From: a virus
Lineage: Duplodnaviria > Caudoviricetes
Reading direction: 5' to 3' (one strand)
Virus record (IMG/VR): IMGVR_UViG_3300021368_002465
Span: 1-53,051 of that record
DNA: 53,051 bases
Below the pieces are notes generated by a model that worked only from the letters and a program-made list of their open reading frames with translations, did no database searches and was not told the origin of the DNA. Made by a program: the position numbers and the translations under genes. Numbering within the stretch: the stretch's first letter is position 1; the number at the start of each line of letters is the position of its first letter. Positions 11,382-22,600 of the stretch are shown piece by piece.

Positions 11382-13553
11382 ATGAGGTTAAGTGCATCAC
11401 AAAACATTTACTTCAATAATGTTTTGGTGGATAATGTTTATATCAATAATGAACTTATCTGGCAACCATCATATTTTGTATCAAATGATGGTATTGATGC
11501 ATCAAATGTAAGTGGAGATGAAAATAACCCATTCCAAACTCTAAACTACGCTATTTCAAGAATCACAAATCAAAATAGAATATATTTTAAGTCAGGTTCT
11601 TATGAGTTTGATGAAAAAGAAATAACAAATACTGGTCTATCAATACAAGGATATAATAATCAAAATGTTACATTTGATGGAACTAAACCAATTAGTGATT
11701 TAGCAGATAGTTCTGTAAATGGTGGTAATTGGCAAACACATACAACTGATATTGTTACAGATACCAACCAAACACTTAGTAGTAAAACAATTTATAAAAT
11801 AAAATTAAATTCAGATGCTGAAGTATGGCAACTTTTTTATAATAGAGATGAAGTAATAAATGCAAGATATCCAAGTGCTCAATGGACTGATGATAGTGTA
11901 TATACTTTTAATAATTGGGGACATGGATATTATGAATATAAAAATAATGGAGATATAACAGATAATACTGAAACTGTTATAGGTAATGGAACTGGTAGTC
12001 ATTACTATTATGAAAATGGAGAAATAGTTGATGTACCACATACTATTAGTGGAAGTTATACTGCTAGTTTATATGATTTCGTTAAAACTCAACAAGGAAT
12101 AGACCCTTCATTTACTACTTCGGGTTCTTTAGCTAACTTAAATGTTGGTTCATTTAGAAGTTATACAAAAGTAGTAAATTCACAATCATTAGATGATACT
12201 AATAATGTTATTAGATTATCTTATGATGATGTTGCTACATGGAAAACAAAACACCATTATTACTATTTAGAGAATAAATTAGAATACTTGAATAGTGAAA
12301 ATGAATGGTTCTTTGATAATGATACAAAATATCTTTATGTTTGGTTACCAAGTGATGCAGTTCCTACTACAACAAACATAAGAGCAAAACAACAAAGTTA
12401 TTCGTTAAATATTACTGCAGATAATGTATCGATTGAAAATATTAATTTCTTTGGTACTACAATAAAAGGAAATAGTGCTAATAACTTAATAGTTCGTGAT
12501 TGTGATTTCTTATATGCAAGTTGTTATGCTCATATGTTGAATCAAATCAATTCTGGTTCAACTATTTCTCCAGCTTCTAATGAAGTTTTTGAAACTCAAA
12601 CAAGATTTACAAGTAGTCCAAATGTTACTTTTAATCGATGTGCATTTAGATATACAGATGGTGATGTAATTCATACACAAGGTGGAAATACAAGAATCGA
12701 AGATTGTTATTTTAATTATATCGATAAGACTGTTGCAAATTTATCATCTGTAATGACAACCCTTAGATTGATGGGTGATAGTAACATTGTTAAAAATAAT
12801 ACTTTCAGAAAAACAGCAGCATCTTCTACATTGAATTCAGGTAATGCACCGATTGTAGAATATAATGATATGGCTGAAAGTGGATACTTACAAAGTGATG
12901 GTGCTATGATACATCTTATGGTATCTCAACAATCAGGTTCTAAAGTAAGATTCAATTGGGTACATGATACAATCAAGTATGGTATAAGATTCGATGGTGA
13001 TGGTGATGGATTTAATGGAAGTATTCACCATAACATTGGATGGAATTGTGAAGGTGGTATTATGGCTAAAGGTGGTTGGTTAGAAAGTGGAAGTAGTGTT
13101 GGTGGTCATTTTATATACAATAACACCTTCTTTAATAGTGTAGAAAAAAATGATATTATGGTATTGAATACCCAAAAAGGGGTGAATATCAATTATGGTT
13201 CGGTAGTAATGAATAACTTAACTGAAAAACTAAGTGGACACAGAACCGATATAGAAGGATTTGAATCTTGGATAACAAGTTCAAATAATTATACAGCATC
13301 TAATATAGAACCTTTATTAACAGATACGGCTAGTTATGATTTCAGACCAATAAACGATAGTTCAATAGTAGATGCAGGAAATACTACATATACCAATTTT
13401 GAATTCAATCCAAGTGGTGTTGATTCATTAACATCTGATATTGGTGCTATGGAGTATAATGGAACTCAATGGGAAGCTGGAATTACTTGGAATAGTAGTA
13501 CTGGAAGTGATAGTGAATATGTTAGTAGTAATAGATTGAGCTTTTACCAATAA
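11382..13553 (+). CDS. Right-handed parallel beta-helix protein, putative polysaccharide depolymerase/tailspike
   Basis: YFVSNDG..GDENNPFQTLNYA motif, ARYP, EWFFD..LYVW, Asn-ladder strands (xxNNTF, HHNIGWN), DFRP..S..VDAG and DIGAMEY end motifs typical of pectin-lyase-like folds. Confidence 0.7.
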   Translation: MRLSASQNIYFNNVLVDNVYINNELIWQPSYFVSNDGIDASNVSGDENNPFQTLNYAISRITNQNRIYFKSGSYEFDEKEITNTGLSIQGYNNQNVTFDGTKPISDLADSSVNGGNWQTHTTDIVTDTNQTLSSKTIYKIKLNSDAEVWQLFYNRDEVINARYPSAQWTDDSVYTFNNWGHGYYEYKNNGDITDNTETVIGNGTGSHYYYENGEIVDVPHTISGSYTASLYDFVKTQQGIDPSFTTSGSLANLNVGSFRSYTKVVNSQSLDDTNNVIRLSYDDVATWKTKHHYYYLENKLEYLNSENEWFFDNDTKYLYVWLPSDAVPTTTNIRAKQQSYSLNITADNVSIENINFFGTTIKGNSANNLIVRDCDFLYASCYAHMLNQINSGSTISPASNEVFETQTRFTSSPNVTFNRCAFRYTDGDVIHTQGGNTRIEDCYFNYIDKTVANLSSVMTTLRLMGDSNIVKNNTFRKTAASSTLNSGNAPIVEYNDMAESGYLQSDGAMIHLMVSQQSGSKVRFNWVHDTIKYGIRFDGDGDGFNGSIHHNIGWNCEGGIMAKGGWLESGSSVGGHFIYNNTFFNSVEKNDIMVLNTQKGVNINYGSVVMNNLTEKLSGHRTDIEGFESWITSSNNYTASNIEPLLTDTASYDFRPINDSSIVDAGNTTYTNFEFNPSGVDSLTSDIGAMEYNGTQWEAGITWNSSTGSDSEYVSSNRLSFYQ

Positions 13554-13602
13554 CTCAATCCATCGATATTTATAAGGTAGTATAGTATAAGGTTAATAAA
13601 TC

Positions 13603-14838
13603 ATGAAGTTAAACGCTGCACAAAACATTTTTTTTGATAATACTGAGGTAGACCAAGTTTATATGAACAATGAACTTGTCTGGCCAACTGGTAGTGAAGC
13701 TCCATCAACTTATACAACAACTTTAGATTTTACTTTGGTTAGTGGTTCAGATTGGGTATTAAAAGGTGGAAATAGTAGTTCACCAGGTTCTACTATACCA
13801 TCAAAAATATATACATTAGGTCCTCAAAGTGCAGGATACGATTATGGTAATACTTTTTTATGGATAGAATCTACAACATCAGAGTCATTTGATGATGTTA
13901 GTCAAGCCAACGTTTTCTGTACTACAAATGGTGCAACAACTCAAAGAGTTATAGCATATGCTGGTCGTGTAAGATTACAAATAGCTTTTAATAATCAGCC
14001 AAGTTCAAATATAACAATGGAATATCAAGGAAGTGTTAATCCTCCAACAACTCCTTGGTCACCAAGTACTGATATAACAACTGTTGCTTGGATTGATGCA
14101 TCAGATTCTTCAACTTACACACAAACTTCAGAAAATTTAACAGGTATAACTGATAAATCAGGAACATTTACAATGACAGTTGGTGGTAATCCGCAAACTA
14201 ATGCAGTAACTCAAAATGGATTGAATGTGTTTGAGTTTGATGGTAATGGTGATTATCTACAAAGTACAACTTATGAGGCACAAGTATCCTCAGGTAACCA
14301 TTGGGCAATTGGAGTATTTAGATATGTAGCTGTAGATAGTAACAAAGATACTCTTTGGAGTTATGAAACAAATGGTTCACCAAAAAGAGATTATGCGGTT
14401 AGTAGTGGTAATTCATCATCATGGTCAGGTGAATTAGATTTAGATGGTTTATCTTCTAATAGAATTAGTAGTACCATTGGTAATACAGAAGTTTGGAATG
14501 CAAAAAGTTTAACACAAAACCAATGGCATGTAGTTGCTTGTTGGTTCAATAAGAGTGGAAATCAAATCGGTGTTAGAGTAGATGGTACAAATGCATTTAC
14601 ACCAGTTAATGATTATGATAACTCATTACAAACGAACCAAGAATTAAGATTAATGAGAAACAGGTCATCACAGGCATTAAATGGTAAATTAGGTGAGTTC
14701 TTTGCAGTAGCGGATATACCTGGTACAAGTGGTACTGATTTAACAGATTTAATAAAAGCAGAAGGTTATCTTGCACACAAATGGGGATTAGAAAGTTCTC
14801 TACCAAGTGACCATTTATATAAGAATTCTGCACCTTAA
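13603..14838 (+). CDS. Virion protein with C-terminal LamG/concanavalin-A-like lectin domain
   Basis: WSPS..AWIDASD, FDGNGDYL, QWHVV..W, and C-terminal EGYLAHKWGL..LP..H.YK motif recalled from phage LamG proteins. Confidence 0.65.
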   Translation: MKLNAAQNIFFDNTEVDQVYMNNELVWPTGSEAPSTYTTTLDFTLVSGSDWVLKGGNSSSPGSTIPSKIYTLGPQSAGYDYGNTFLWIESTTSESFDDVSQANVFCTTNGATTQRVIAYAGRVRLQIAFNNQPSSNITMEYQGSVNPPTTPWSPSTDITTVAWIDASDSSTYTQTSENLTGITDKSGTFTMTVGGNPQTNAVTQNGLNVFEFDGNGDYLQSTTYEAQVSSGNHWAIGVFRYVAVDSNKDTLWSYETNGSPKRDYAVSSGNSSSWSGELDLDGLSSNRISSTIGNTEVWNAKSLTQNQWHVVACWFNKSGNQIGVRVDGTNAFTPVNDYDNSLQTNQELRLMRNRSSQALNGKLGEFFAVADIPGTSGTDLTDLIKAEGYLAHKWGLESSLPSDHLYKNSAP

Positions 14839-14866
14839 ACATATTTATAGCATAGGAAAAAGATAA

Positions 14867-17800
14867 ATGGCAGCAATATTACAATTTAGACAAGGAAGCA
14901 AATCGAGTTTTATCTCATCAGGCCCTTATGTATCAGAACCTTTCTTTGATACAGATACTAATATTATTCATATTGGTAAATCTAGTTCTGCCGTAATAAC
15001 TTTAGTAAAATTAGGTGAAATAAATAGTGGTTCTTTATCTTTGAGTGGTGATTTAACTGCTTCAAATGCAACCTTAAGTGGTGATATTACAATTGGTGGT
15101 AATATTATTTTAGGGGATAGTACTGCTGATGATATCACAATATCAGGTCAACTTGATTCTGATTTAATTCCAAAAACAGATAATACACATGATTTAGGTT
15201 CTACTACTAAGAAATGGGCGAACCTTCACGCAGTTAGTGGTTCAATTGATTTTATTGACTTACGAACAAACTTACCAAGTGGTACAGTTAGTGGTTCAGA
15301 CCAAGTTTTGGGTGGAACTAATATAGTATCATCTTCTATACAAGTGATAAGTTTCTTACCAGATGGTTCAGTTAGTGGTTCATCACAAATAACTTATTCG
15401 GATATATCATCAATTCCAAGTAATATTATAAGTAGTTCAGAACAACTACCTGATGGTATTATAAGTGGAAGTGAACAATTACCTGGTGGTATTATAAGTG
15501 GAAGTGAACAATTACCTGGTGGAATAATTAGTGGCTCAACACAAATAACAGATGGGAGTGGTATATTTTCATCTTCACTTCAAGTAAATCCTGTTAGTAT
15601 TCCTGGTTTCCAATCTGAAGTTAAAAGAAAACTTGATATAGATGGTGTACTTAGTGGTTCAGGACAATTGCCAGATGGGACTGTAAGTGGTTCTGCTCAA
15701 GTTATAGGACATTTACCTAGTGGAACAGTAAGTGGTTCAGAGCAGGTGAATGCCAACACTATAACAAACTTTGATTCAAATGTAAAATCAAAAATAGACT
15801 CGGATGGTGTAATAAGTGGTTCAGTACAAGTTGATGTAACTGCAACAACTAATTATTCATCAGTAGTTCAAACAACAGGTGACCAAACTATTGCTGGTAA
15901 TAAAACATTTTCTAATAACATAGTAATAAGTGGAGATTTGAATGTTGATGGTACAACTACATATACTTCTACTAACAATGTTAATATTGGAGATAATATT
16001 ATAGAACTTAACTATGGTGGTTCTGCAACAGAAGGTGGTATCTATGTAAAAGATGCAACTGGTGGTTCAACTACAAGTGGTTCTTTACTATGGGATGCTA
16101 CAAACGATTATTGGAAGGCTGGAATATCTGGTGGAGAAAGTGAAATTGTAACAGATTCAAATATAGTATCTAAATTACCAAGTGGAACGATAAGTGGTTC
16201 TTCTCAAGTTAATGCAGATACAGTTACTAACTTTGATTCAAATGTAGATGATAGATTAAACGCTAAAACTGTAATTAGTGGTTCTTCTCAAGTTAATGCA
16301 GATACAATAATTAATTTTGATTCAAATGTTAAAGATAAATTAGATGAAGAGGGAATAATTTCAGGTTCATCCCAAATATCACTTAGTGGATTTAGTACAA
16401 GTAATTTATCCGAAGGATTAAATAAATATTATACTAATGCACGAGTTAAAGAAAAATTAGATGAAGAAGGTGTAATATCTGGTTCATCTCAAGTTAATGC
16501 TGATTCTATCTTAAACTTTGATAGTAATGTAAAGGATAAGTTAAATAGTGATAGTGTAGTTAGTGGTTCATCACAGGTTTCTTATGTAGGACTTTCAAAC
16601 ATACCTGATAATATTGTAAGTGGTTCTACTCAAATAAATAATTTAATAATTGGAACATCTTATTCACAATCAATTGATATAAGATTATTGGATGGATTCG
16701 CAAGTGGTTCAGCTACTTCAGAATCATTACACACTTTAGTTGGTAATTTCCCAACAAGTGGTTCATTAGGAACGGCTGCATTTTATAACGTATCATCTTC
16801 ATTAGCAGATGACCCTTCGGTAATTCCAAATGTAAAAGCAGTTTACGATTATATAAATAACACAATCGGAGCAGCAGATATTACTGGTGTTTCTGCATCA
16901 CTTGGTTTAAGTGGCGGTGGAGCTAGTGGATATGTATCACTTTCTTTAGATACTGGTTCTGACCATTTCACAAATGCAGTTCAAGGAATTTCACCTCAGT
17001 TACCAGATGGGTTAATAAGTGGTTCATCACAAGTATCTGCTTCACTAATATATGAATTTGATAATGAGGTAGATAATTATTTAGTTCTTGTGGGTGCAAT
17101 CACACACTCAAATGGTTCTACTGGATTATTTAATGAGGCTGGTTTAATTAGTGGTTCTTCACAAGTATTCTCAGATGTTAGTGGTGATATCATTATAGAT
17201 TCTACTGGAGAAGCTTCCATCGAACCTGGTGTAATTATAGATGGTGATATTAAATCTGATGCAGCAATTTCTCACACTAAATTAGATTTAGATGGTTCTG
17301 GTATTATAAGTGGTTCGGCACAATTACCAACAGGCCTTATAAGTGGTTCGGCAATTACAACTGATGGAACTGATTTGGTTGCAATTGGAACTTCTACTTC
17401 TAATGTTGGTGATTTAGCAAGCGGTAATCAGTTATCATTATATGGAACATCCGTATCAGGTCTAACTTCATTTGACATTAATGGTACTGCAAAATCTTTT
17501 GATTATGTATCATCTGATTTTAGATATATTGATACTAACTCAGGTGTAGGTATTGTACTTAAACCAAATGCAGATGCAGGTAAAGCATGGGTTATTGATA
17601 CAGATGGAGATTTAGTTTCTAACTCAAGTAATGCTTCGGTAACAGGTAGTGTATATGGTGCAAATATTATTGCAAGAGGAGATTTAAGTGGTTCTAATTT
17701 ATTAATAACTGGTGATATTACAGTTAATGGTACAGTAGATGGAATTGATATCGCAACAGATGTAGCAGCAAACACATCAAAGACTGGATATACTGATTCA

Positions 17801-18979
17801 CTTGTAAAAACAAAATTAGATGCAGAAGGTGTATTAAGTGGTTCGACTCATGAGGGTGATTTCACATTTGATGATAATTTAACTATTAGTGGTAACTTAA
17901 CAGTTGATGGTACTACAACATCTGTAAATTCAAATACTGTTAACATTGGTGATAATATGATAGTTCTAAACTCTGATGAGACAGGAACTCCATCACAAGA
18001 TGCAGGTATTGAAATAGAAAGAGGTACTTCTACAAATGTTAAATTCCAATTCAAAGAAAGTACAGATAGATGGCAGTTTACAAATGATGGTACAACTTTC
18101 TTTAATTTACCAACAAGTACTGCAGATGTAGCAGAATTTTCAAATCTTTATTATACAGATGCAAGAGTAAAAACAAAATTAGATGCAGAAACTGTAATAA
18201 GTGGTTCTGGTCAAATATCAATCGGAGCATCACAAGTAACTGAAATTAGTAACTTAACTGCAACTGAAGGAGCACAATTAGAGAACATTGATTCAGTAAC
18301 AATCTCAAATACTCAATGGGGTTATTTAGGTGATTTAGACCAAGATTTATCAACAAACGATGATGCAATATTTAATAAAGTACAATCAAATAATCCTGAT
18401 TTAACCCATGGTGGTCATGTTGCAATAAACAGTTCTTATGATGGTAGTGGGTGGGGTACTAATAAAGGTATAGGAAGAATAACTTTTGGTACACTTGATA
18501 GTAGTTTAGCGAGAACAGTTGCAACTATCGAAGTTAAACAAGAAGATAATGGTTCTGCATATCCAGATGAAACATACATGGTATTCAAAACCATTGCAGC
18601 TGCAGAGGGAACTGCCCAAGAAAAAATGAGATTATCAGCGGATGGTAATCTAAATGTTGTTGGTGATATTGTTGCATATGCATCCTCGGATGAAAGATTA
18701 AAAGATGAAATTATACCAATTTCTAATCCTTTAGATAAAATAAATTCAATTGGAGGGTACTCTTTCGTATGGAAAGAAGAAAAACAGAATATTTATAAAG
18801 GTAAAGATTACGGAGTTATAGCTCAAGAAATCGAAAAAGTATTACCTGAATTAGTTAATACAAGAGAATCTGGGTACAAGGCCGTAAAGTATGATAAACT
18901 TGTATCACTTCTAATTGAAGGTATTAAAGAATTATCTTCAGAAGTAAAAGAATTAAAAGAAAAAATTAATAAGGAATAA
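14867..18979 (+). CDS. Tail fibre with C-terminal intramolecular chaperone (peptidase S74) domain
   Basis: Many xxSGSxQ repeats; C-terminal YASSDERLK..GVIAQEIE..LPELV..YKAVKYDKL..LIEGIKEL chaperone signature. Confidence 0.85.
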   Translation: MAAILQFRQGSKSSFISSGPYVSEPFFDTDTNIIHIGKSSSAVITLVKLGEINSGSLSLSGDLTASNATLSGDITIGGNIILGDSTADDITISGQLDSDLIPKTDNTHDLGSTTKKWANLHAVSGSIDFIDLRTNLPSGTVSGSDQVLGGTNIVSSSIQVISFLPDGSVSGSSQITYSDISSIPSNIISSSEQLPDGIISGSEQLPGGIISGSEQLPGGIISGSTQITDGSGIFSSSLQVNPVSIPGFQSEVKRKLDIDGVLSGSGQLPDGTVSGSAQVIGHLPSGTVSGSEQVNANTITNFDSNVKSKIDSDGVISGSVQVDVTATTNYSSVVQTTGDQTIAGNKTFSNNIVISGDLNVDGTTTYTSTNNVNIGDNIIELNYGGSATEGGIYVKDATGGSTTSGSLLWDATNDYWKAGISGGESEIVTDSNIVSKLPSGTISGSSQVNADTVTNFDSNVDDRLNAKTVISGSSQVNADTIINFDSNVKDKLDEEGIISGSSQISLSGFSTSNLSEGLNKYYTNARVKEKLDEEGVISGSSQVNADSILNFDSNVKDKLNSDSVVSGSSQVSYVGLSNIPDNIVSGSTQINNLIIGTSYSQSIDIRLLDGFASGSATSESLHTLVGNFPTSGSLGTAAFYNVSSSLADDPSVIPNVKAVYDYINNTIGAADITGVSASLGLSGGGASGYVSLSLDTGSDHFTNAVQGISPQLPDGLISGSSQVSASLIYEFDNEVDNYLVLVGAITHSNGSTGLFNEAGLISGSSQVFSDVSGDIIIDSTGEASIEPGVIIDGDIKSDAAISHTKLDLDGSGIISGSAQLPTGLISGSAITTDGTDLVAIGTSTSNVGDLASGNQLSLYGTSVSGLTSFDINGTAKSFDYVSSDFRYIDTNSGVGIVLKPNADAGKAWVIDTDGDLVSNSSNASVTGSVYGANIIARGDLSGSNLLITGDITVNGTVDGIDIATDVAANTSKTGYTDSLVKTKLDAEGVLSGSTHEGDFTFDDNLTISGNLTVDGTTTSVNSNTVNIGDNMIVLNSDETGTPSQDAGIEIERGTSTNVKFQFKESTDRWQFTNDGTTFFNLPTSTADVAEFSNLYYTDARVKTKLDAETVISGSGQISIGASQVTEISNLTATEGAQLENIDSVTISNTQWGYLGDLDQDLSTNDDAIFNKVQSNNPDLTHGGHVAINSSYDGSGWGTNKGIGRITFGTLDSSLARTVATIEVKQEDNGSAYPDETYMVFKTIAAAEGTAQEKMRLSADGNLNVVGDIVAYASSDERLKDEIIPISNPLDKINSIGGYSFVWKEEKQNIYKGKDYGVIAQEIEKVLPELVNTRESGYKAVKYDKLVSLLIEGIKELSSEVKELKEKINKE
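15455..15534 (+). repeat. 33-bp tandem repeat (GIISGSEQLPG), two exact copies plus a partial one
   Basis: ggtattataagtggaagtgaacaattacctggt repeated directly. Confidence 0.85.
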
Positions 18980-18984
18980 ATAAT

Positions 18985-19614
18985 ATGGCTCAAATCATTA
19001 GATTAAAAAGAAGTACAACGGCAGGGAGTGCTCCAACTACCTCCGACTTATCAATCGGAGAATTAGCAATCAACGTTCATGATGGTAAAGTTTTCTTAAG
19101 AAGAAGTGGTTCTGTTGATGATATTAGAACAATCCTAACAAATGAATACACAGGCTCAGTAAATATTACTGGTTCTTTAACTGCTACTTCTTTTGTTGGT
19201 GATGGTTCAGGATTAACAAACATAACAGTAGACCAAGCGGCAACCGTACAGCAATCATTTGAAGGAACAACATGGAATGTTAATCACAATTTAGATACAA
19301 CAAGTCCACTTGTTGCTGTATATGATGAGAATAATTATCAAATCATACCACAAGGAGTTAGAATAGTAGATGCGGATAATGTACAAATAACATTCCCTAA
19401 TTCTGCAACTGGTTCTGCTGTAATAGCCAAAGGTGGTCATATTGTTAGTGGTTCAATTGATGCCGATAACATTAGTGGATTTGATGTAAAGGTAAAAACA
19501 AAATTAAACGCCGATGGAATATTTAGTGGTTCAGCACAAGTTACCTTACAAGGTGATGTAACTGGTACCGCGGCATCTTCTTCTATTGCTGGATTAGATG
19601 GTGGAGATATATAA
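18985..19614 (+). CDS. Short fibre/adaptor protein
   Basis: MAQIIRLKRS..P....L..GELAIN..DG N-terminal anchor; WNVNHNL module; C-terminal GLDGGDI. Confidence 0.65.
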   Translation: MAQIIRLKRSTTAGSAPTTSDLSIGELAINVHDGKVFLRRSGSVDDIRTILTNEYTGSVNITGSLTATSFVGDGSGLTNITVDQAATVQQSFEGTTWNVNHNLDTTSPLVAVYDENNYQIIPQGVRIVDADNVQITFPNSATGSAVIAKGGHIVSGSIDADNISGFDVKVKTKLNADGIFSGSAQVTLQGDVTGTAASSSIAGLDGGDI

Positions 19615-19665
19615 ATTGAGTTATATTATAAAAAGAAAAAATAATTAAATAAAGGATAGATAAAA

Positions 19666-22600
19666 ATGATATTACACAGTCCCATAATTTCAGGTTCGTT
19701 AACATTCGCTGATAATGCAACCTTCGATTTACCAGATAATGGAATATATTCTGGTTCATTTAGTGGTTCAATACAAATTGACCAAGTAAAATCAGACTTG
19801 ATACCTGACACTTCAGGAGCATATGATTTAGGTTCAGAAGCTTACCCCTATAAAGACCTTTGGTTGGTTGGAAGCACTTTGAATCTAGGTGGTATTGGTA
19901 TTTCTGTTAGTTCAGCGAATTCAGGTCTTAGCTTTAAGAAAAAATCAGATAACACTCCAGCTGATATCGGTGCTAAATCAATTAGTATTGGTGGTATTGG
20001 AATTACTGGTAACAAGAAATTCGGTCTTGATTCTAACAACAAAGTACAAGTACTAGATGATAATGATGATGTTGATACTCTTGTTGTTAAAGATGTGATA
20101 CTTAAAGATACAACTGGAAATGGTAAAAACACCAAATTAAAAGTTACTAATGGTAAATTTACAACTTCTCAAGTTAATAACGCTGGTACAGATACGGCAG
20201 ATGATGCTGAGGGTTCTCTTTCAGGTTCATTTACTGGTTCTATCCAAGATGCACAATTCAATGGTGATGCTACCTTCAATAATGGATTGAGTGTAACTGG
20301 TACTTCAGCACTTGGAGTAACAAATGTTTCTGGTCTTGCTTCCTTAGATGGTGGTATTGATGTAGATGGAGCGTTTACAGTAGCAAACACAAGTGGTAAC
20401 GTATCAACAACTGGTACTTTAGATGCTAGTGGATTGGCAAGTTTAGATGGTGGTATTAATGTAAATGACAATTTTACAGTTTCTGATGTAGGTGGTGATG
20501 TTTCTACAAGTGGTAACTTAGGTGTAACTGGTCTTTCAACATTAGGAGCAGTATCCTCATCAGCAATGGATGTAGCAGGTCATATCCTTCCTGCCGCACA
20601 TAACACATACGATTTAGGTTCAACTGCTAGATTCTGGAGAGACCTTTACTTATCTTCAGGTTCATTATACATTAATGGTGTTCAAGTACTTTCAACAGAC
20701 GGGACTGATTTGACTGTACAAACAGATGCAGGGGAATCATTCAAAGTATTAGAAACTGGTGCTGATACAATCACACTACAAACTGCAAATGGTGATATTA
20801 CACTTACAAATGGAAGTGGTACTGGTAACATCGAATTAGATGCACCAATACAAGTAACAGCTGGTAACAATATTTTATCTTCTGATGGAAATGCAATTTC
20901 ATTTGCTAATGATATAGATGCTGGTAATAACAGAGTTGCAGCAAATAATATAGGTAACCTTGATGGTACTTCTACAATTACTGGTTCATTCGTAGGTGAT
21001 GGTACAAACTTAAGTGGTGTAACATCTTATACTGATTCAGATACAAAAACAAAATTAAATGCTGATGGTGTAATCTCAGGTTCATCTCAAGTATTCTCAG
21101 ATGTTAGTGGTGATGTTACTATCGGTTCTGATGGAACTGCAGCAATTCAAGCTAATTCAGTAGCTTTAGGAACTGATACAACTGGTGACTATGTTGCAAC
21201 TATAACAGGAGGTACTGGTCTTACTTCTACTGGAGCTACAACTGGAGAGGGAATTGCACATTCACTATCAGTAGATTATGGTACAACTGCGGATACAGCA
21301 CTTGAAGGTAATACAACAGTAGATGATGTATCAGTTGCAAACTTAAAAACTAGATTAGCTGGTGGATTTGCTTCTAATGCAGTACAAATTGGTGATTCAA
21401 GTGATACTGTTACAATTGCTGGAAATGCAATCGTTAGTGGTAACTTAACTGTAAGTGGTACAACTACAACTGTTAACTCAAATACTGTTAATATTGGAGA
21501 TAACGTTATCGTACTTAACTCTGATGAGACAGGAACACCTTCACAAAATGGTGGTATTGAAATTGAAAGAGGAACTTCAACTAATGCAGCTATCCTTTGG
21601 GATGAATCTAATGACTATTGGGTATCAGGTCTTGCAGGTTCTGAAGAAAGAATCGTAGTAGGAGCAGGTAACACATCTATTACAACATTAGGAACAATCT
21701 CAACAGGTACTTGGCAAGGTACAGCAATAGCTAGAGATTATATAGCAGGTGATGCAATCAATGGTTCAAAAATAGCTGATGATGCAGTTGATTCAGAACA
21801 CATCGCAGATGGAGCTATTGATTTAGCTCACATGGCAGCTGATTCAGTTGATGGTTCTAAAATTGCTGATGATTCAATTGATTCAGAACACTATGTAGAT
21901 GGTAGTATTGATACCGCTCATCTTGCTACTGATTCAGTTGATGGTACTAAAATTGCTGATGATGCGATTGGTCCAGAACACCTTGCGGATAATTCAGTTC
22001 AAACGGCTGCAATAGCAAATGATGCTATTGATGGAGACAAAATTGCAAACGATGCAGTATCATTTTCTCAAGTACAAAATATAACTACATCAACAATCTT
22101 AGGTAGAGTATCAGCTAATTCTGGTAATATCGAATCATTAAGTAAATCACAAGTATTATCATTTATTAATGTTGAAGATGGAGCAACTGGTGACCAAACA
22201 GCAGAAGAAATTAGAAGTGCAGTTGGTACTGGTAATAATGGTGTTATACCATCAGAGGGTACTGCTGGACATTTCTTAAAGCATGATGGTACTTTTGGAT
22301 TACCTTCTTATACTACTAACACAGATACTAACACTCAGAATACATATTCAACTTCTGTTGTATCATCAAGTGGTATTAAGTTAAGATTGACTGGAGCAGG
22401 ACATGATGGTGATACAACTGATGATATACAATTTGTTGGTGCAGGAGCAACTAGTGTAAGTAGAACAGATGCAAACACTATTACCATAACTTCTACTGAT
22501 ACAAACACAACTTACACAAGAAGTGATTTCATCAATCAGGATGTTAATACTAATTCAAATGTAACTTTTGATGATGTTGATGTTGATGGTTTATTAACAG

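Noticed and set aside
5700-17350. CRISPR-like or DGR-like repeats
   Set aside because: Repeats are in-frame coding units with synonymous variation. No constant repeat/unique spacer pattern, no adenine-specific variable/template pair and no reverse transcriptase seen.
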